Made by a program: the position numbers and the translations under genes
Origin: Kofleriaceae bacterium
GTDB taxonomy: Bacteria > Myxococcota_A > Polyangia > Haliangiales > Haliangiaceae
Reading direction: 5' to 3'
DNA: 64,000 bases
Assembly (NCBI GenBank): GCA_046597055.1
Contig: JBKJLC010000101.1
Span: 1 to 64,000, forward strand
The notes under the pieces: model-generated
The model's database searches: none
What the model saw: the letters and a program-made list of their open reading frames with translations, nothing else
What the model was told of the DNA's origin: nothing
In this document: positions 19,247-29,010 of the stretch, piece by piece
How positions within the stretch are numbered: the stretch's first letter is position 1
Layout: each line of letters opens with the position of its first letter

Positions 19247-21060
19247 GCGAGGCCGAGGTTGACGCCGCCGGGGGCGAGCTCACCGAGGACGAGCTCGAGA
19301 TCGAGCTGGTCGACGAAGGCGGCGCCGGCGCGCGGCGTCGGTTCGTGCTCGGCCGCGAGCTTCGGGAGATGATCCTGGCGGCCGCCGAGCGCGGTGATCT
19401 CACGACCACGCGCCAGCTGGTGGGGCAGAGCCCGGCCACGGTGGCCGACCGGCTGGCCGACCGTGCCGACCGACAGCCGGAGCCGGTCCGGGTCGCGCTC
19501 GCCGAGGCCTTCGTGGGCAACGGTGACCTCGAGCGCGCGGCCCGGGTGGCCGCGACCATCGAGGATCCCGGCAAGGCAGCGCCGTTCTTCGAGCGGGTCG
19601 GGCAGCTGGCCCGGGCCGCTGACCTGTACGACGCGGCCGGGCGGCCCGAGCTCGCCGCCGCGCTGCACGAGCGCGACCTGCATCCCGAGCGCGCCGTCGC
19701 CGTCCTCACCAGCGCGGGGCTCATCGATCGCGCGGCCGCGGTCCTGGAGAGCACCGGCCGCTTCACCGAGGCCGCGCGGCTGTGGGCCCGGATGCAGCGG
19801 CTCGACCGCGCGACCGACATGCTGTTCAAGGTCGAGCGCGATCAGCCCGACTTCCCCGAAGCGACGCTCATGCTCGGGCGGATCTTCGAGCACCAGGGGC
19901 AGATGCAGGCGGCCGCGGTCCGCTACCTCGAGGTGGTCAAGAACCATCCGCTGAGCGGGTCGACCCTGCCAATCTTCGAGCGGCTGGCCGGCTTCTACCT
20001 CACCACGGGCGACGCGCGTTCGGCGCGCCGCCTGCTCACGGTGATCGTCGGGTTCGCGCCCGCTCACGACGGCGCGCTGGCGATGCTCGCGCAGCTGGAC
20101 GCGCCACCGCTGGCCTCGCCGGCCGCGCCAGCGTCGGCCCCGGCCTCGTATCCCGCGGTGGCGATGTCGCAGGCGATCCCCGTGATCGGCGCGCCCCCAC
20201 GCGCGGCGGCGGGGCCCGCCCGACCGGCGCCGCTGGTGCTGCCGCGTCCGGTGAGCGGTCCGGCCCCCGCGGCCGAACCGGCTGCCGCGGTCGCCGCGGC
20301 TGCCGCGGTCCCCACCGTTCCCGCGGTCCCCGCGCTTCGACTCGCGCCGGCGCGGGTCGAGACCTCCCCTGTGGTGGCCGCGGCCGCCGTCCCGACGCCC
20401 ACGCCGGTGCCGGCCGCGGTGGTGGCGGCGGTTCCGGCCGCGGTGGTGGCGCCGATGCCCACGCCGGTTCCGGCCGCGGTGGTGGTGGCGGCGCCCGCGG
20501 TGCCGGCGCCCGCGCCCGGGGTGCCACCGGCGCCGGTGGTGCCGGCCGCCATCGCCATCGCCGGCGTGCGTGCCGGGCTGGGCGACGCCGAGCAGCGCGC
20601 CGCCTTCGACGCGCCGTCACTGACCCCGGCCGAGCGGTTGCTGATCGCGACCGCGTATCCCTTCGCCGACCTAACCCGCGACGAGCTGCAGGCGATCTGC
20701 AGCCTGGGTGAGCGCTACGAGTACGCGGCCGGCGAGCTGATCATCGAGCAGGATCGCCCGGCGACCCGCGTCATGGTCATCCTGGCCGGGACGGTCTCGC
20801 TGGTGCGCCTGGAGCCTCCGACCGAGAAGCCGCTCGCGCAGCTGGTCAACGGCTCGCCGGTGGGCGAGCTCGCGATCTTCGACGAAGGCTCGGCGCCGGC
20901 CCAGGCGCGTGCGGTCACCGACGTCGTGGTCCTGCGCTTCCAGCTCGAGCGGTTGCGCCGACACCTGGCGGGTGACGAGCGGGTGGCGTTCTGGATGTGC
21001 CGGGCTCTGCTGCGCACCCTGTGCTCGCGCATGCGCAAGCGTGCGCCGAAGAAGCCCTGA
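19243..21060 (+). CDS. TPR-like protein with Pro/Ala linker and C-terminal cNMP-binding-like domain
   Basis: ATGA overlap; helical repeats; PFADL...EL...YAAGELIIEQ...VILAG.V...GELAIF...AQARA. Confidence 0.8.
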   Translation: MSEAEVDAAGGELTEDELEIELVDEGGAGARRRFVLGRELREMILAAAERGDLTTTRQLVGQSPATVADRLADRADRQPEPVRVALAEAFVGNGDLERAARVAATIEDPGKAAPFFERVGQLARAADLYDAAGRPELAAALHERDLHPERAVAVLTSAGLIDRAAAVLESTGRFTEAARLWARMQRLDRATDMLFKVERDQPDFPEATLMLGRIFEHQGQMQAAAVRYLEVVKNHPLSGSTLPIFERLAGFYLTTGDARSARRLLTVIVGFAPAHDGALAMLAQLDAPPLASPAAPASAPASYPAVAMSQAIPVIGAPPRAAAGPARPAPLVLPRPVSGPAPAAEPAAAVAAAAAVPTVPAVPALRLAPARVETSPVVAAAAVPTPTPVPAAVVAAVPAAVVAPMPTPVPAAVVVAAPAVPAPAPGVPPAPVVPAAIAIAGVRAGLGDAEQRAAFDAPSLTPAERLLIATAYPFADLTRDELQAICSLGERYEYAAGELIIEQDRPATRVMVILAGTVSLVRLEPPTEKPLAQLVNGSPVGELAIFDEGSAPAQARAVTDVVVLRFQLERLRRHLAGDERVAFWMCRALLRTLCSRMRKRAPKKP

Positions 21061-21067
21061 GCCGCTC

Positions 21068-21325
21068 GTGGCCGTGATCGCGCTCGGGCGTTGGCTCCGG
21101 CGCTGGCTCGGCAAGGCACCGCCGGTCGACGACGAGGGATTTCGGCTCCGGCACCCGGTGCCCTCCGAGCCCGCGCTGTTCGCGTCGGCGCTGGTCCAGA
21201 GCGTGGCGGCCCGGATGGACGCCGGGCACCGGGTCGTGTTGCTGAACAACGGGGACGTGTTCGATCGCCGGGAGCTCGAGCTCCGACGCGCCCGGTCGAG
21301 CGTCAACGTCGTCATGTACATCTAG
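21068..21325 (+). pseudogene. N-terminal fragment of cardiolipin synthase/PLD family protein
   Basis: GHRVVLLNNGDVFD....LRRARSSVNVVMYI, then a stop immediately before the dispersed repeat; no HKD motifs. Confidence 0.7.
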
Positions 21326-21328
21326 AGG

Positions 21329-21464
21329 CCCCGACGATGCACGAGTCGCCGCCGGTCGCGTGCGCGATGGCGACGCGGTCCCCGGCGGCTCGTGTCGCCA
21401 CCGCGGTTAGCTCGAAGAGCCCGGCGCCCGCCTCGACCGAGACCCGCACCCGCCCGGCGCGCTG
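21329..21464. repeat. 136-bp dispersed repeat, copy 1
   Basis: Ungapped match to 37691-37826 with 9 mismatches by manual alignment. Confidence 0.9.
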
Positions 21465-21946
21465 CAGTCGCAAGGACGTCGCTGCGGGTGGTGCCGACCG
21501 TGCGTCCGACCGACAGCTCGGTTTTCTTGCCCTTGGAGACCTTCATGACGGCCGTGTCCCGGTAGATCTCCGCGATGGCGGCGAGGGGTTGCTTGGCGGA
21601 AGACTCGGGAATCGGCTGGAAGGTAAGCGCAACCTTGGAATGGGCAGCCCGCCATGCCTTCCAGGCCTCGACCATTTCCGGGTGGGCCGTTCCCTTCAAG
21701 ATCGTCAGGTACGGCCAGTCGGGACAACCATCGGGTCCGAATGGTTTCTCGTATCCCAGCCAAAGCTCCGGACTGACGGGGTTCTGGTTGTTGCCGCGCA
21801 CGCTTCCGCCCTATGCATTATTACCCTCGGAACCCTGGCGGCCCTTGATGCGCCGATGACGTCTGACGCGGCGACTCGCGGGCGAACGCCCCGCGCGCTT
21901 TCTCGAGCGCGCGCCCCTGCGTGGAGTGTGCTAACTCCCGCTCGCG

Positions 21947-23245
21947 ATGACCGATGTGCTCTTGCTGAGGCGCGTCCGCGCGGTGGATCCGTCCCTCGCG
22001 TTGGATGCCGAGGTAGACATCGTGATCGAGCGAGGGCGCATCGCCCGCATCGGTCCAGACGTCGGCGCGGAGCTTTTGAAGAGCGCGCGCGTCCGGGTGA
22101 TCGAGCTCCATGGCGCCCTCGTCTTGCCGGGCTTGATCGATCTCCACGCCCACGTGCGCGAGCCGGGGCAGGAGTACAAGGAAGACGTGCGAACGGGCCT
22201 CGCGGCCGCGGCGGCGGGCGGCTTCGTCGACATCTGCGTGATGCCGAACACGAAGCCCGTGAACGACACGCGCGCCATCACCGAGATGCTCGTCGCCACG
22301 GCGAAGGACATTGGCGGCACACGCCTCCACCCCATCGGCGCCATCACGATCGGCCTGAAAGGCGAGCAGCTCGCGGAGATGGCCGACATGCGCGACGCGG
22401 GCGCGGTCGGCGTCTCGGACGACGGCCGTTGCGTCATGTCGAGCGCCGTCATGCGCCGCGCCCTCGAGTACGCGAACACCTTCGGGATGCCCGTGATTCA
22501 ACACTGCGAGGACCACACCCTCACTGACGGCGCGCAGATGCACGAGGGGGCCGTGTCGACGAAGCTCGGCCTCCGCGGCTGGCCCCGCGTCGCCGAGGAC
22601 ATCATCGTCGCCCGCGACGTGCTCCTCGCCGAGTACACGGGCGCCCGCTACCACGTCGCCCACGTCTCGACCTACGGCGCGGTTCGCATCCTGCGCGAGG
22701 CGAAGCACCGCGGAATCGCGGTCACGGCCGAAGTGACGCCGCACCACTTGCTCCTCACCCACGAGCGCGTCCTCGGCTACGACACCGCCTGCAAAGTGAA
22801 CCCGCCCCTCCGCGAAGACGAGGACGTCGAAGCGCTGCGAGGCGCGCTGGCCGACGGCACGATCGACTGCATCGCGACCGACCACGCTCCCCACAGCACG
22901 CTCGAGAAGGACTGCGAGTTCTCCGAGGCCGCGCCGGGGATGATCGGGCTTGAGCTCTGCGTACCGCTCCTCCTCGGCCTCGTGAAGCAGGGCGCCTTCC
23001 CACTGGCGCGCTTCGTCGACGCCCTCACGGCCGCCCCCGCGAAGATCGTCGGCCTCGAGCGGCCGACCTTGCGTGAAGGGGCGCGCGCCGACCTCGTTCT
23101 CATCGACCCGCACGCGAAGTACGTCATCGACCCCTCGCGCATGCGCACGAAGAGCAGAAATACGCCGTTCACAGGCACGGCGGTCGAAGGTCGCGTTGCG
23201 CTGACCGTGGCCGGTGGACAGATCATTCACGAAGCGTTCGCGTGA
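21947..23245 (+). CDS. pyrC: dihydroorotase (multifunctional-complex type)
   Basis: PGLIDLHAHVREPG.EYKE, MPNT.P..D, SDDG, HCED, HVAHVST, EVTPHH, KVNPPLR, IATDHAPH, SRNTPF. Confidence 0.95.
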   Translation: MTDVLLLRRVRAVDPSLALDAEVDIVIERGRIARIGPDVGAELLKSARVRVIELHGALVLPGLIDLHAHVREPGQEYKEDVRTGLAAAAAGGFVDICVMPNTKPVNDTRAITEMLVATAKDIGGTRLHPIGAITIGLKGEQLAEMADMRDAGAVGVSDDGRCVMSSAVMRRALEYANTFGMPVIQHCEDHTLTDGAQMHEGAVSTKLGLRGWPRVAEDIIVARDVLLAEYTGARYHVAHVSTYGAVRILREAKHRGIAVTAEVTPHHLLLTHERVLGYDTACKVNPPLREDEDVEALRGALADGTIDCIATDHAPHSTLEKDCEFSEAAPGMIGLELCVPLLLGLVKQGAFPLARFVDALTAAPAKIVGLERPTLREGARADLVLIDPHAKYVIDPSRMRTKSRNTPFTGTAVEGRVALTVAGGQIIHEAFA

Positions 23246-23304
23246 GCCCACCCGAAGACGAGCCCGATGACCGACTCCAGAACGCCCGTGCGCTCCCGGC
23301 GGGC

Positions 23305-23394
23305 TCGGGCGTCTGCCTGCAGAACAACGTCTGTGTGATGGCCGACGTCACCGGCGATCGGCGCGCCGACGCGATCGCCTTCCAGCGCTACTGA
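23305..23394 (+). pseudogene. C-terminal fragment of FG-GAP/VCBS-type repeat protein
   Basis: Reads ..CLQNNVCVMADVTGDRRADAIAFQRY* with no start. Confidence 0.45.
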
Positions 23395-23466
23395 GCCGAT
23401 CCGGGAACGGCGCTGGCTTGCAGTTTTCGTGGGAACGGCGCACGATCTGGCGTCGGAGGGGATCGA

Positions 23467-23868
23467 ATGCGAGTACTCACGTTGGCCACACAAGCGGCCG
23501 TCAGCAAAGCTTGGCCTGCACGACAGGAGCCGGACGGCGGCCTCAAGATCGAGGTCGTCACCCAGCCGGGGCGCACACAGCTGGTGAACGTCTCCATGGG
23601 CAAGGATGCCGACGGCGATCTCGCCGCCTTCATCTGGTCCAAGGCCGGCGAGCTCAAGGCCGTGTCCGATCCGCTGGCGCTGCTCAAGCTCAACATGCAG
23701 CTCACGTATGGCCGCGCGGCGCTACGGGGCGAGGACATCGTCATCCTGCACGCGCTCTTCGACGCCTCTGCCGATCTCGTCGAGGTCGGCAAGGCCATCT
23801 ACTACGTTGCCAAGGCCGCCGACGAGCTCGAGCGCGGCCTGTACGGCGCCACCGTCGACGCCCTGTAG
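23467..23868 (+). CDS. hypothetical protein, YbjN/CesT-like chaperone fold suspected
   Basis: GGAGG SD; GRTQLV...S..G....ALLKLN.QL.YG..A...ADELE pattern. Confidence 0.7.
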   Translation: MRVLTLATQAAVSKAWPARQEPDGGLKIEVVTQPGRTQLVNVSMGKDADGDLAAFIWSKAGELKAVSDPLALLKLNMQLTYGRAALRGEDIVILHALFDASADLVEVGKAIYYVAKAADELERGLYGATVDAL

Positions 23869-23880
23869 GAGGGACCTTCC

Positions 23881-24474
23881 ATGACCAAGCGAATCGTCTC
23901 GATCATCACGCTCATTCTCACGCTGGCGGCGCTGACCTTTGCCGGCTGCGCCAAGCCGACCACCGACTCGCAGAAGGCGCGCTACCAGCGGGTGAAGGAC
24001 CGCCTGGACGCCGTGGGCACCAAGTCGCCCGCGCTGCGCGAGGGGATCCAGGTCAAGGTCGCCGAGCTCGACCGCGACATGGCGGCTGCCGAGGCCAAGG
24101 GCGGCGCCGAGGCGGTGAAGGCCATGGGCGAGGTGGCCACGCGCGCCGAGGCCTACGAGCAGCAGGTCACCCCGACCGCGGCGACCGCGGCGGTCGACGC
24201 CGCGGCGACGACAGCACCGGGCAGCAAGCTCGGGGGCCCGCCCACGACCGCGGCCCCCGGTGGCAAGCTCGGCGATCCGGCGGCGCCGGCCGCGCCCGGC
24301 GGCAAGCTCGGAGATCCGGCCACCCCGGCCACCCCGGCCGCGCCCGGCGGCAAGCTCGGAGATCCGGCCGCCCCGGCGGCAAGCTCGGGGTTCGGCGGCA
24401 GCGGATCCGCCGCGCCCGTGCCCGTGCCCAAGCCCGCCCCGGCCAATCCGGCCAGCGGCTTCGGCGGGCAGTAG
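23881..24474 (+). CDS. lipoprotein with helical domain and PGGKLGDP repeats
   Basis: AGGAGG SD, lipobox FAGC, four (S/G)KLG repeats and two SGFGG repeats. Confidence 0.85.
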   Translation: MTKRIVSIITLILTLAALTFAGCAKPTTDSQKARYQRVKDRLDAVGTKSPALREGIQVKVAELDRDMAAAEAKGGAEAVKAMGEVATRAEAYEQQVTPTAATAAVDAAATTAPGSKLGGPPTTAAPGGKLGDPAAPAAPGGKLGDPATPATPAAPGGKLGDPAAPAASSGFGGSGSAAPVPVPKPAPANPASGFGGQ

Positions 24475-24999
24475 CCGGCCGCCATCGAGCAGTGGCCTAG
24501 CCCGCGGCCGCGCGCACCCAGGCCGCGGGCGAGGTGGTCTTCGCGAGCTCGCGGATCGCGCGAGCAACCGCAGGCGAGCGGTCCATTCCGAAGTCACGCA
24601 CGAACGCGCGGATGTCCGCAGCGCCGCGGATCTTGCGCCAGCGCGGCCGCGGCCCCGATCCGTCAGGTAATGTCCCTGCCGGCCGACACCGGCAGCGTCG
24701 TCCCGCCCGGCAGCGACGACGCCGGCGACGGCCAGACCACCGGCACGCTCACCGGCACCATCCGCAGCACCTGGGTCATCGCCGCCAGCACCCTCGACGT
24801 CTTCGAGCAGATCAGGCTCACCGGCACCCCGCCGCCCGCGGTGCCACGCAGCCCGACGACGTACGTCACGCACGCGCCAAGGATCGTCGCCGCGACGCCG
24901 ATCGTCAGCTCGTTCACGCCGGCGATGCCGCTACGCGGGATGACGAACCGTAGCCGATGACGACGGTGTACAGGTCGCCCCGCGGCGCTCCGGTGCCGA

Positions 25000-25914
25000 T
25001 CAAGGCTCGTCGATCGTCGCGACGGCGGGCGCGTCGGGGAGCGGCGCGAGCGCTGCGAAGCGCGCGCGCACCCAGTCGCGCACGCCGGTGATCGCGGCGG
25101 CCCGCGCATCCTCCGGTCGGCACACGAACTGGAACCCGGCGCGCGCGCGCACGCGGATCGGCAGCGGCGTGACCAGCCGCCCGTCGGTCACCAGTGAGGT
25201 GGTGACCGGGAATAGCCCGATCGCGATGCCCTGGTGCTTCTCGGCCGCCCGCAGGGTGGCGAAGTAGGTGTCGAGCACCAGCCGGTGCGCCGGCAGCTCG
25301 ATCCCGAGCGCGTCGCCGAGGCGCCGCCACGGGTCCGGCTGGTCGCGCAGGCGGATCAGCGTGTGGCGCGCGAGCGCCGCAGGCGTCCGCAACCGGTCGC
25401 CCTTGATCAGCCCGGGCGCGCAGACCGGGGTCGCGATCACGGCGCACAGGTGAGTCGCGGCCACGCCAGGCCACGGGCCCCGGCCGTAGCGCACCGCGGT
25501 GTCGACGCCATCGCGGTCCAGCTCGACCGGGGCCATGCCGGTCTCGATCCGGAGATCGACGTCGGGCTGGACCTCGCGGAACGCCGCGAGCTCCGGGATG
25601 AGCAGCTCGTGGGCGATGAAGGGTTCGGCGCTCAGCCGGACCTCGCGCTCGCCGCGCCGGCGCATCAGGCGGCCCGCCTCGCGCCGATAGCGCTCGACGA
25701 GCTCGGTCGCGATCGCGGCCAGGTGCGCGCCGGCCTCGGTCAGCTCGAGCGCCCGCGTCATCCGCCGGAACAGCGCGACGCCGAGCGCCTCCTCGAGCGC
25801 CTGGATCTGCTGGCTGACCGCGGACGGCGTGAGGTGGAGCTCGGCCGCCGTGCGCTTGAAGCTCAGGTGGCGCGCGGCCAGCTCGAAGGTGGGCAGCCAG
25901 CGCCAGCTATGCAT
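25000..25914 (-). CDS. LysR family regulator (GcvA-like)
   Basis: FELAARHLSFKRTAAELHLTPSAVSQQIQALEEALGVALFRR HTH; D.AVRYG.G.W. Confidence 0.93.
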   Translation of the reverse strand: MHSWRWLPTFELAARHLSFKRTAAELHLTPSAVSQQIQALEEALGVALFRRMTRALELTEAGAHLAAIATELVERYRREAGRLMRRRGEREVRLSAEPFIAHELLIPELAAFREVQPDVDLRIETGMAPVELDRDGVDTAVRYGRGPWPGVAATHLCAVIATPVCAPGLIKGDRLRTPAALARHTLIRLRDQPDPWRRLGDALGIELPAHRLVLDTYFATLRAAEKHQGIAIGLFPVTTSLVTDGRLVTPLPIRVRARAGFQFVCRPEDARAAAITGVRDWVRARFAALAPLPDAPAVATIDEP

Positions 25915-25985
25915 CAGCACAGCTTCACCATACGTCAGAATTGCGCGGTTGTTCCGGCCGTATCTGCCATGACACATCAAGCGGT

Positions 25986-26684
25986 ATGAATCATTCATCT
26001 CCCGTCTGCGCGATCGTCGGGGTCGGCCCGGGCAACGGCGCCGCGTTCGCGCGCCGCTTCCATGCCGCCGGCCATCGCCTCGCCTTGATCGCGCGCAGCC
26101 AGCCGCAGGTGGGTTCGCTCGCCGAGGAGCTCGACGGCGCCCACGCCTTTGCGTGCGACGCCACGTCGGCCGCCGACGTCGCCACGACGTTCGCCCGGAT
26201 CGAGGCCGAGCTCGGCGCCGTCGACGTCCTGATCTACAACGCGGGCAACGCCGTGCTGGGCGCGCTCGCGACCACGCGGACGGACCAGCTCGAGCAGGCC
26301 CTGCGGGTCAACGTGGTGGGCTGCCTGCTGGCCGCGCAGCAGGTGGTGCCGGGGATGAGGCGGCGCGGCGGCGGCCACATCGTCGTGATCGGCGCCACCG
26401 CCTCGCGTCGCGGCGCCGCCGGCATGCTGCCGTTCGCGGCCGCCAAGGCCGGTCAGCGCAACCTGGCCGAGTCGCTGGCGCGCGAGCTCGGGCCCGCCGG
26501 GATCCACGTCGCGCACGTGGTCATCGACGGGATGATCGACTCGCCGGCGATGCGCCGGCTGTTTCCCGACCGCCAGCTCCTGGCGCCGGCCGCGATCGCC
26601 GACAGCGTGTTTGCCCTGGCCAGCCAGCCGCGATCGGCGTGGAGCTTCGAGCTCGATCTGCGCCCCGCCGGGGAGCAGTGGTGA
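25986..26684 (+). CDS. SDR family oxidoreductase
   Basis: GVGPGNG, YNAG, GATASRRG, FAAAK, IHVAHVVIDG.I, WSFELDLRP. Confidence 0.92.
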   Translation: MNHSSPVCAIVGVGPGNGAAFARRFHAAGHRLALIARSQPQVGSLAEELDGAHAFACDATSAADVATTFARIEAELGAVDVLIYNAGNAVLGALATTRTDQLEQALRVNVVGCLLAAQQVVPGMRRRGGGHIVVIGATASRRGAAGMLPFAAAKAGQRNLAESLARELGPAGIHVAHVVIDGMIDSPAMRRLFPDRQLLAPAAIADSVFALASQPRSAWSFELDLRPAGEQW

Positions 26685-27379
26685 CCGTGAGCCGGCCGCC
26701 GCGCATCGTGCTGCACGAGTGGTGCATCTCGCCGTTCTGCGGGAAGGTGAGGAAGGTCCTCGAGGTGAAGGGGCTGCCGTTCGAGACCGTCGACTACGCC
26801 GGCGTCCGGGCGCTGCTGGTGCGGCGGGTCTCGGCCTCGGGCAAGCTGCCCGTCCTCGACTACGGCGGCGAGCGCATCGCCGACAGCTCGACGATCGCGC
26901 GCATGCTCGAGGCCCGCCATCCCGAGCCCCGCCTGGTGCCCGACCGCGGCGAGGAACGCGAGCTGGTCCATTTCTTCGAGGACTGGGCCGACGAGTCTCT
27001 GTACTGGTTCGAGGTCTACCTGCGGGTCGAATATCCCGACGCGCTGGCCCGGGCGGCCGAGCTGAGCGTCGCGGGCGCCGCGTCGCGCGCGCTGATGCGG
27101 ACCGGCCTGCGCCGGCTGCGCCCGGCGCTGCGCGCGCAGGGCCTCGGCCGCTGCCCCCGCGCCGACGTCGAGGCGCGCCTGCGCGAGCACCTCGATCGAC
27201 TCGACCACCGACTGCGCGCGACCGGCTGGTTGGTCGGCGCCACGCTGACCCTCGCCGACATCGCGGTCGCCGCCCAGCTGTTCGAGATCGAGCGGACCTC
27301 GCACCTCGCGGGCGAGCTCGCCGCCCGCGCGACGCTGCACCGGTGGCTGCGGGCGGTCGAGGTCGCCGGCCGGCCGTGA
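26681..27379 (+). CDS. glutathione S-transferase family protein
   Basis: SPFCGKVR..L..KGL, GKLPVL, DSSTI, TLADIA; GTGA overlap. Confidence 0.9.
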   Translation: MTVSRPPRIVLHEWCISPFCGKVRKVLEVKGLPFETVDYAGVRALLVRRVSASGKLPVLDYGGERIADSSTIARMLEARHPEPRLVPDRGEERELVHFFEDWADESLYWFEVYLRVEYPDALARAAELSVAGAASRALMRTGLRRLRPALRAQGLGRCPRADVEARLREHLDRLDHRLRATGWLVGATLTLADIAVAAQLFEIERTSHLAGELAARATLHRWLRAVEVAGRP

Positions 27380-27549
27380 CGTCAGGCGTTGCGGGTGCAC
27401 CGCAGGCCGGACAGGTGAAGACGTGGAACATGCCCTGCTCACGTGTCGACGGTGTCGACACCTGGGTCACCTCCCCGAGGTAGCGGCTGGCTGTCGACGC
27501 CGACTTGCGGCGAGGTCGCGCTGGCGTGACGCTTGCTGAGTGCGCGGGC

Positions 27550-27782
27550 ATGGATGCCCTTCGCTCGCTGTCAGTCGCCGTCTTGCTGTCTGCCGCGCTC
27601 GCGGCGTGCGGCACCCTCCAGGCCACCGAGCACGACGCGCAGCCGGTCGACCCGCTCCCGACCGGATCCGCAGCGCGACGTTCACCATGGATGTCCAGGT
27701 CGGCCATCCGGTCGGCCAGGCCGAGGTCGAGGTCGAGGGCGTCACGATGCGCCTCACTCCGAATACCCCCGTCAAGCCTTGA
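27550..27782 (+). pseudogene. small lipoprotein, apparently frameshifted near 27670
   Basis: MDALRSLSVAVLLSAALAAC in one frame continues as ATFTMDVQVGHPVG... in another. Confidence 0.5.
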
Positions 27783-27799
27783 ACCCAGGAGCTGATCCC

Positions 27800-29010
27800 A
27801 TGAGGCGCATCATCACCACCGCCGTCGCCCTCACCCTGCTCGGCCTGTGCGCCGAGGCGCGGGCCGTCCCTGCCACCGTCTCGTTCACCGGCCGGCTGAC
27901 CACGTCCAGTGGCCCCGTGAGCCCCGTGAGCGGCAACGTGACACTCACGTTCTCGCTCTTCGGTCAGGCCATCAATGGCAATCCGGTCTGGACCGAGACC
28001 CGGCCGGTGACGACCGTGAATGCTGGCTTCGTCTATGCCGACCTCGGCGCGCTGACCACCCTCGACGAGGCGATCCTCGGCAACAGCGCGCTGTTCCTCG
28101 AGATCAACGTCGGCGGCGAGGTCCTGACGCCGCGGCTGCCGCCGCAGGCGGTGCCGTACGCGATCCGGTCCGAGGTCGCCAACAGCGCCGACCTGCTCGG
28201 CACGATCGCGCCCGCCGACGTGGTGACCACCGTGACCGGTGGCGCCGGGGTCTCGGTCACCCGCGCCGGCAACACCGTCACCGTCGGCGCCGACCCCGGC
28301 ACGCTGCAGGCGCGGATCACCGGCATGTGCGGCCCCAACGCGTCGATCGCAGCAAGCGGAGCGGTCACCTGCGAGGCTGACAGTGACACCACCTACTCGG
28401 CGGTCGCGGGTGGCGGCCTCGCGATGAATGGCAGTAACGGATTCGGTCTGTCGACCGCGTGCTCGGCCGGCCAGCTGCTCAAGGCGGGCGCTGGCGGCAC
28501 CTGGGCCTGCGCCGCCGACCTCGACACCACGACCACGTACTCCGCGGTCGCGGGCGGCGGGGTGACCATCGCGGGGACCTCGGTGACCCTCGCGCCATGT
28601 GCCAGCGGGCAGGTGCTCAAGGCCGGCACCACCGCCGGCAGCTGGACCTGCGGCGCCGACGCCAACACCACCTACAGCACGGGCAGCGGGCTGTCGCTGA
28701 CGGGCACCGTGCTCGCGACCGACAACGCGGTGGTGGCCCGCAAGGACGGCGCCGCCGGCAACCAGGCGTTCGACGGCGCCACGCTCGTGCTCGATTACAC
28801 CAACAACCGGGTCGGCATCGACACCGCGACGCCGCGCGAGCGCCTCGACGTGGGCGGGCCGGTCCGGCTCGACACCATGCGCCTGTTCCGCAAGTACGGA
28901 AACAACGGGACCGTCACGTGCACCGACTACTGTCGGGGCGCCGGCTGGCCCGGCGGTGTCGGCGCCTGCATCGCGGCCAGGACCGCGACCGGCTACATCA
29001 GCTGCGAGCT
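27800..29010 (+). pseudogene. secreted tail-fibre-like repeat protein, 3' end lost at a junction near 29010
   Basis: AGGAG SD, signal peptide, VPATVSFTGRL N-domain, C..GQ.LK..W.C..D..TTY repeats, NRVGIDT.TP..RLDV.G motif; coding bias shifts frame after ISCEL. Confidence 0.7.

Noticed and set aside
21465..21830. Lower-GC minus-strand ORF as an intact gene
   Set aside because: It runs into the dispersed repeat and has no recognisable domain; likely a fragment of foreign origin
24215..24390. GGCAAGCTCGG repeats resembling a CRISPR array
   Set aside because: Short, in-frame coding repeats with similar spacers; no cas genes
24670..24960. Short plus-strand ORF with coding-like bias
   Set aside because: No recognisable family or start context; may be another fragment but cannot be supported
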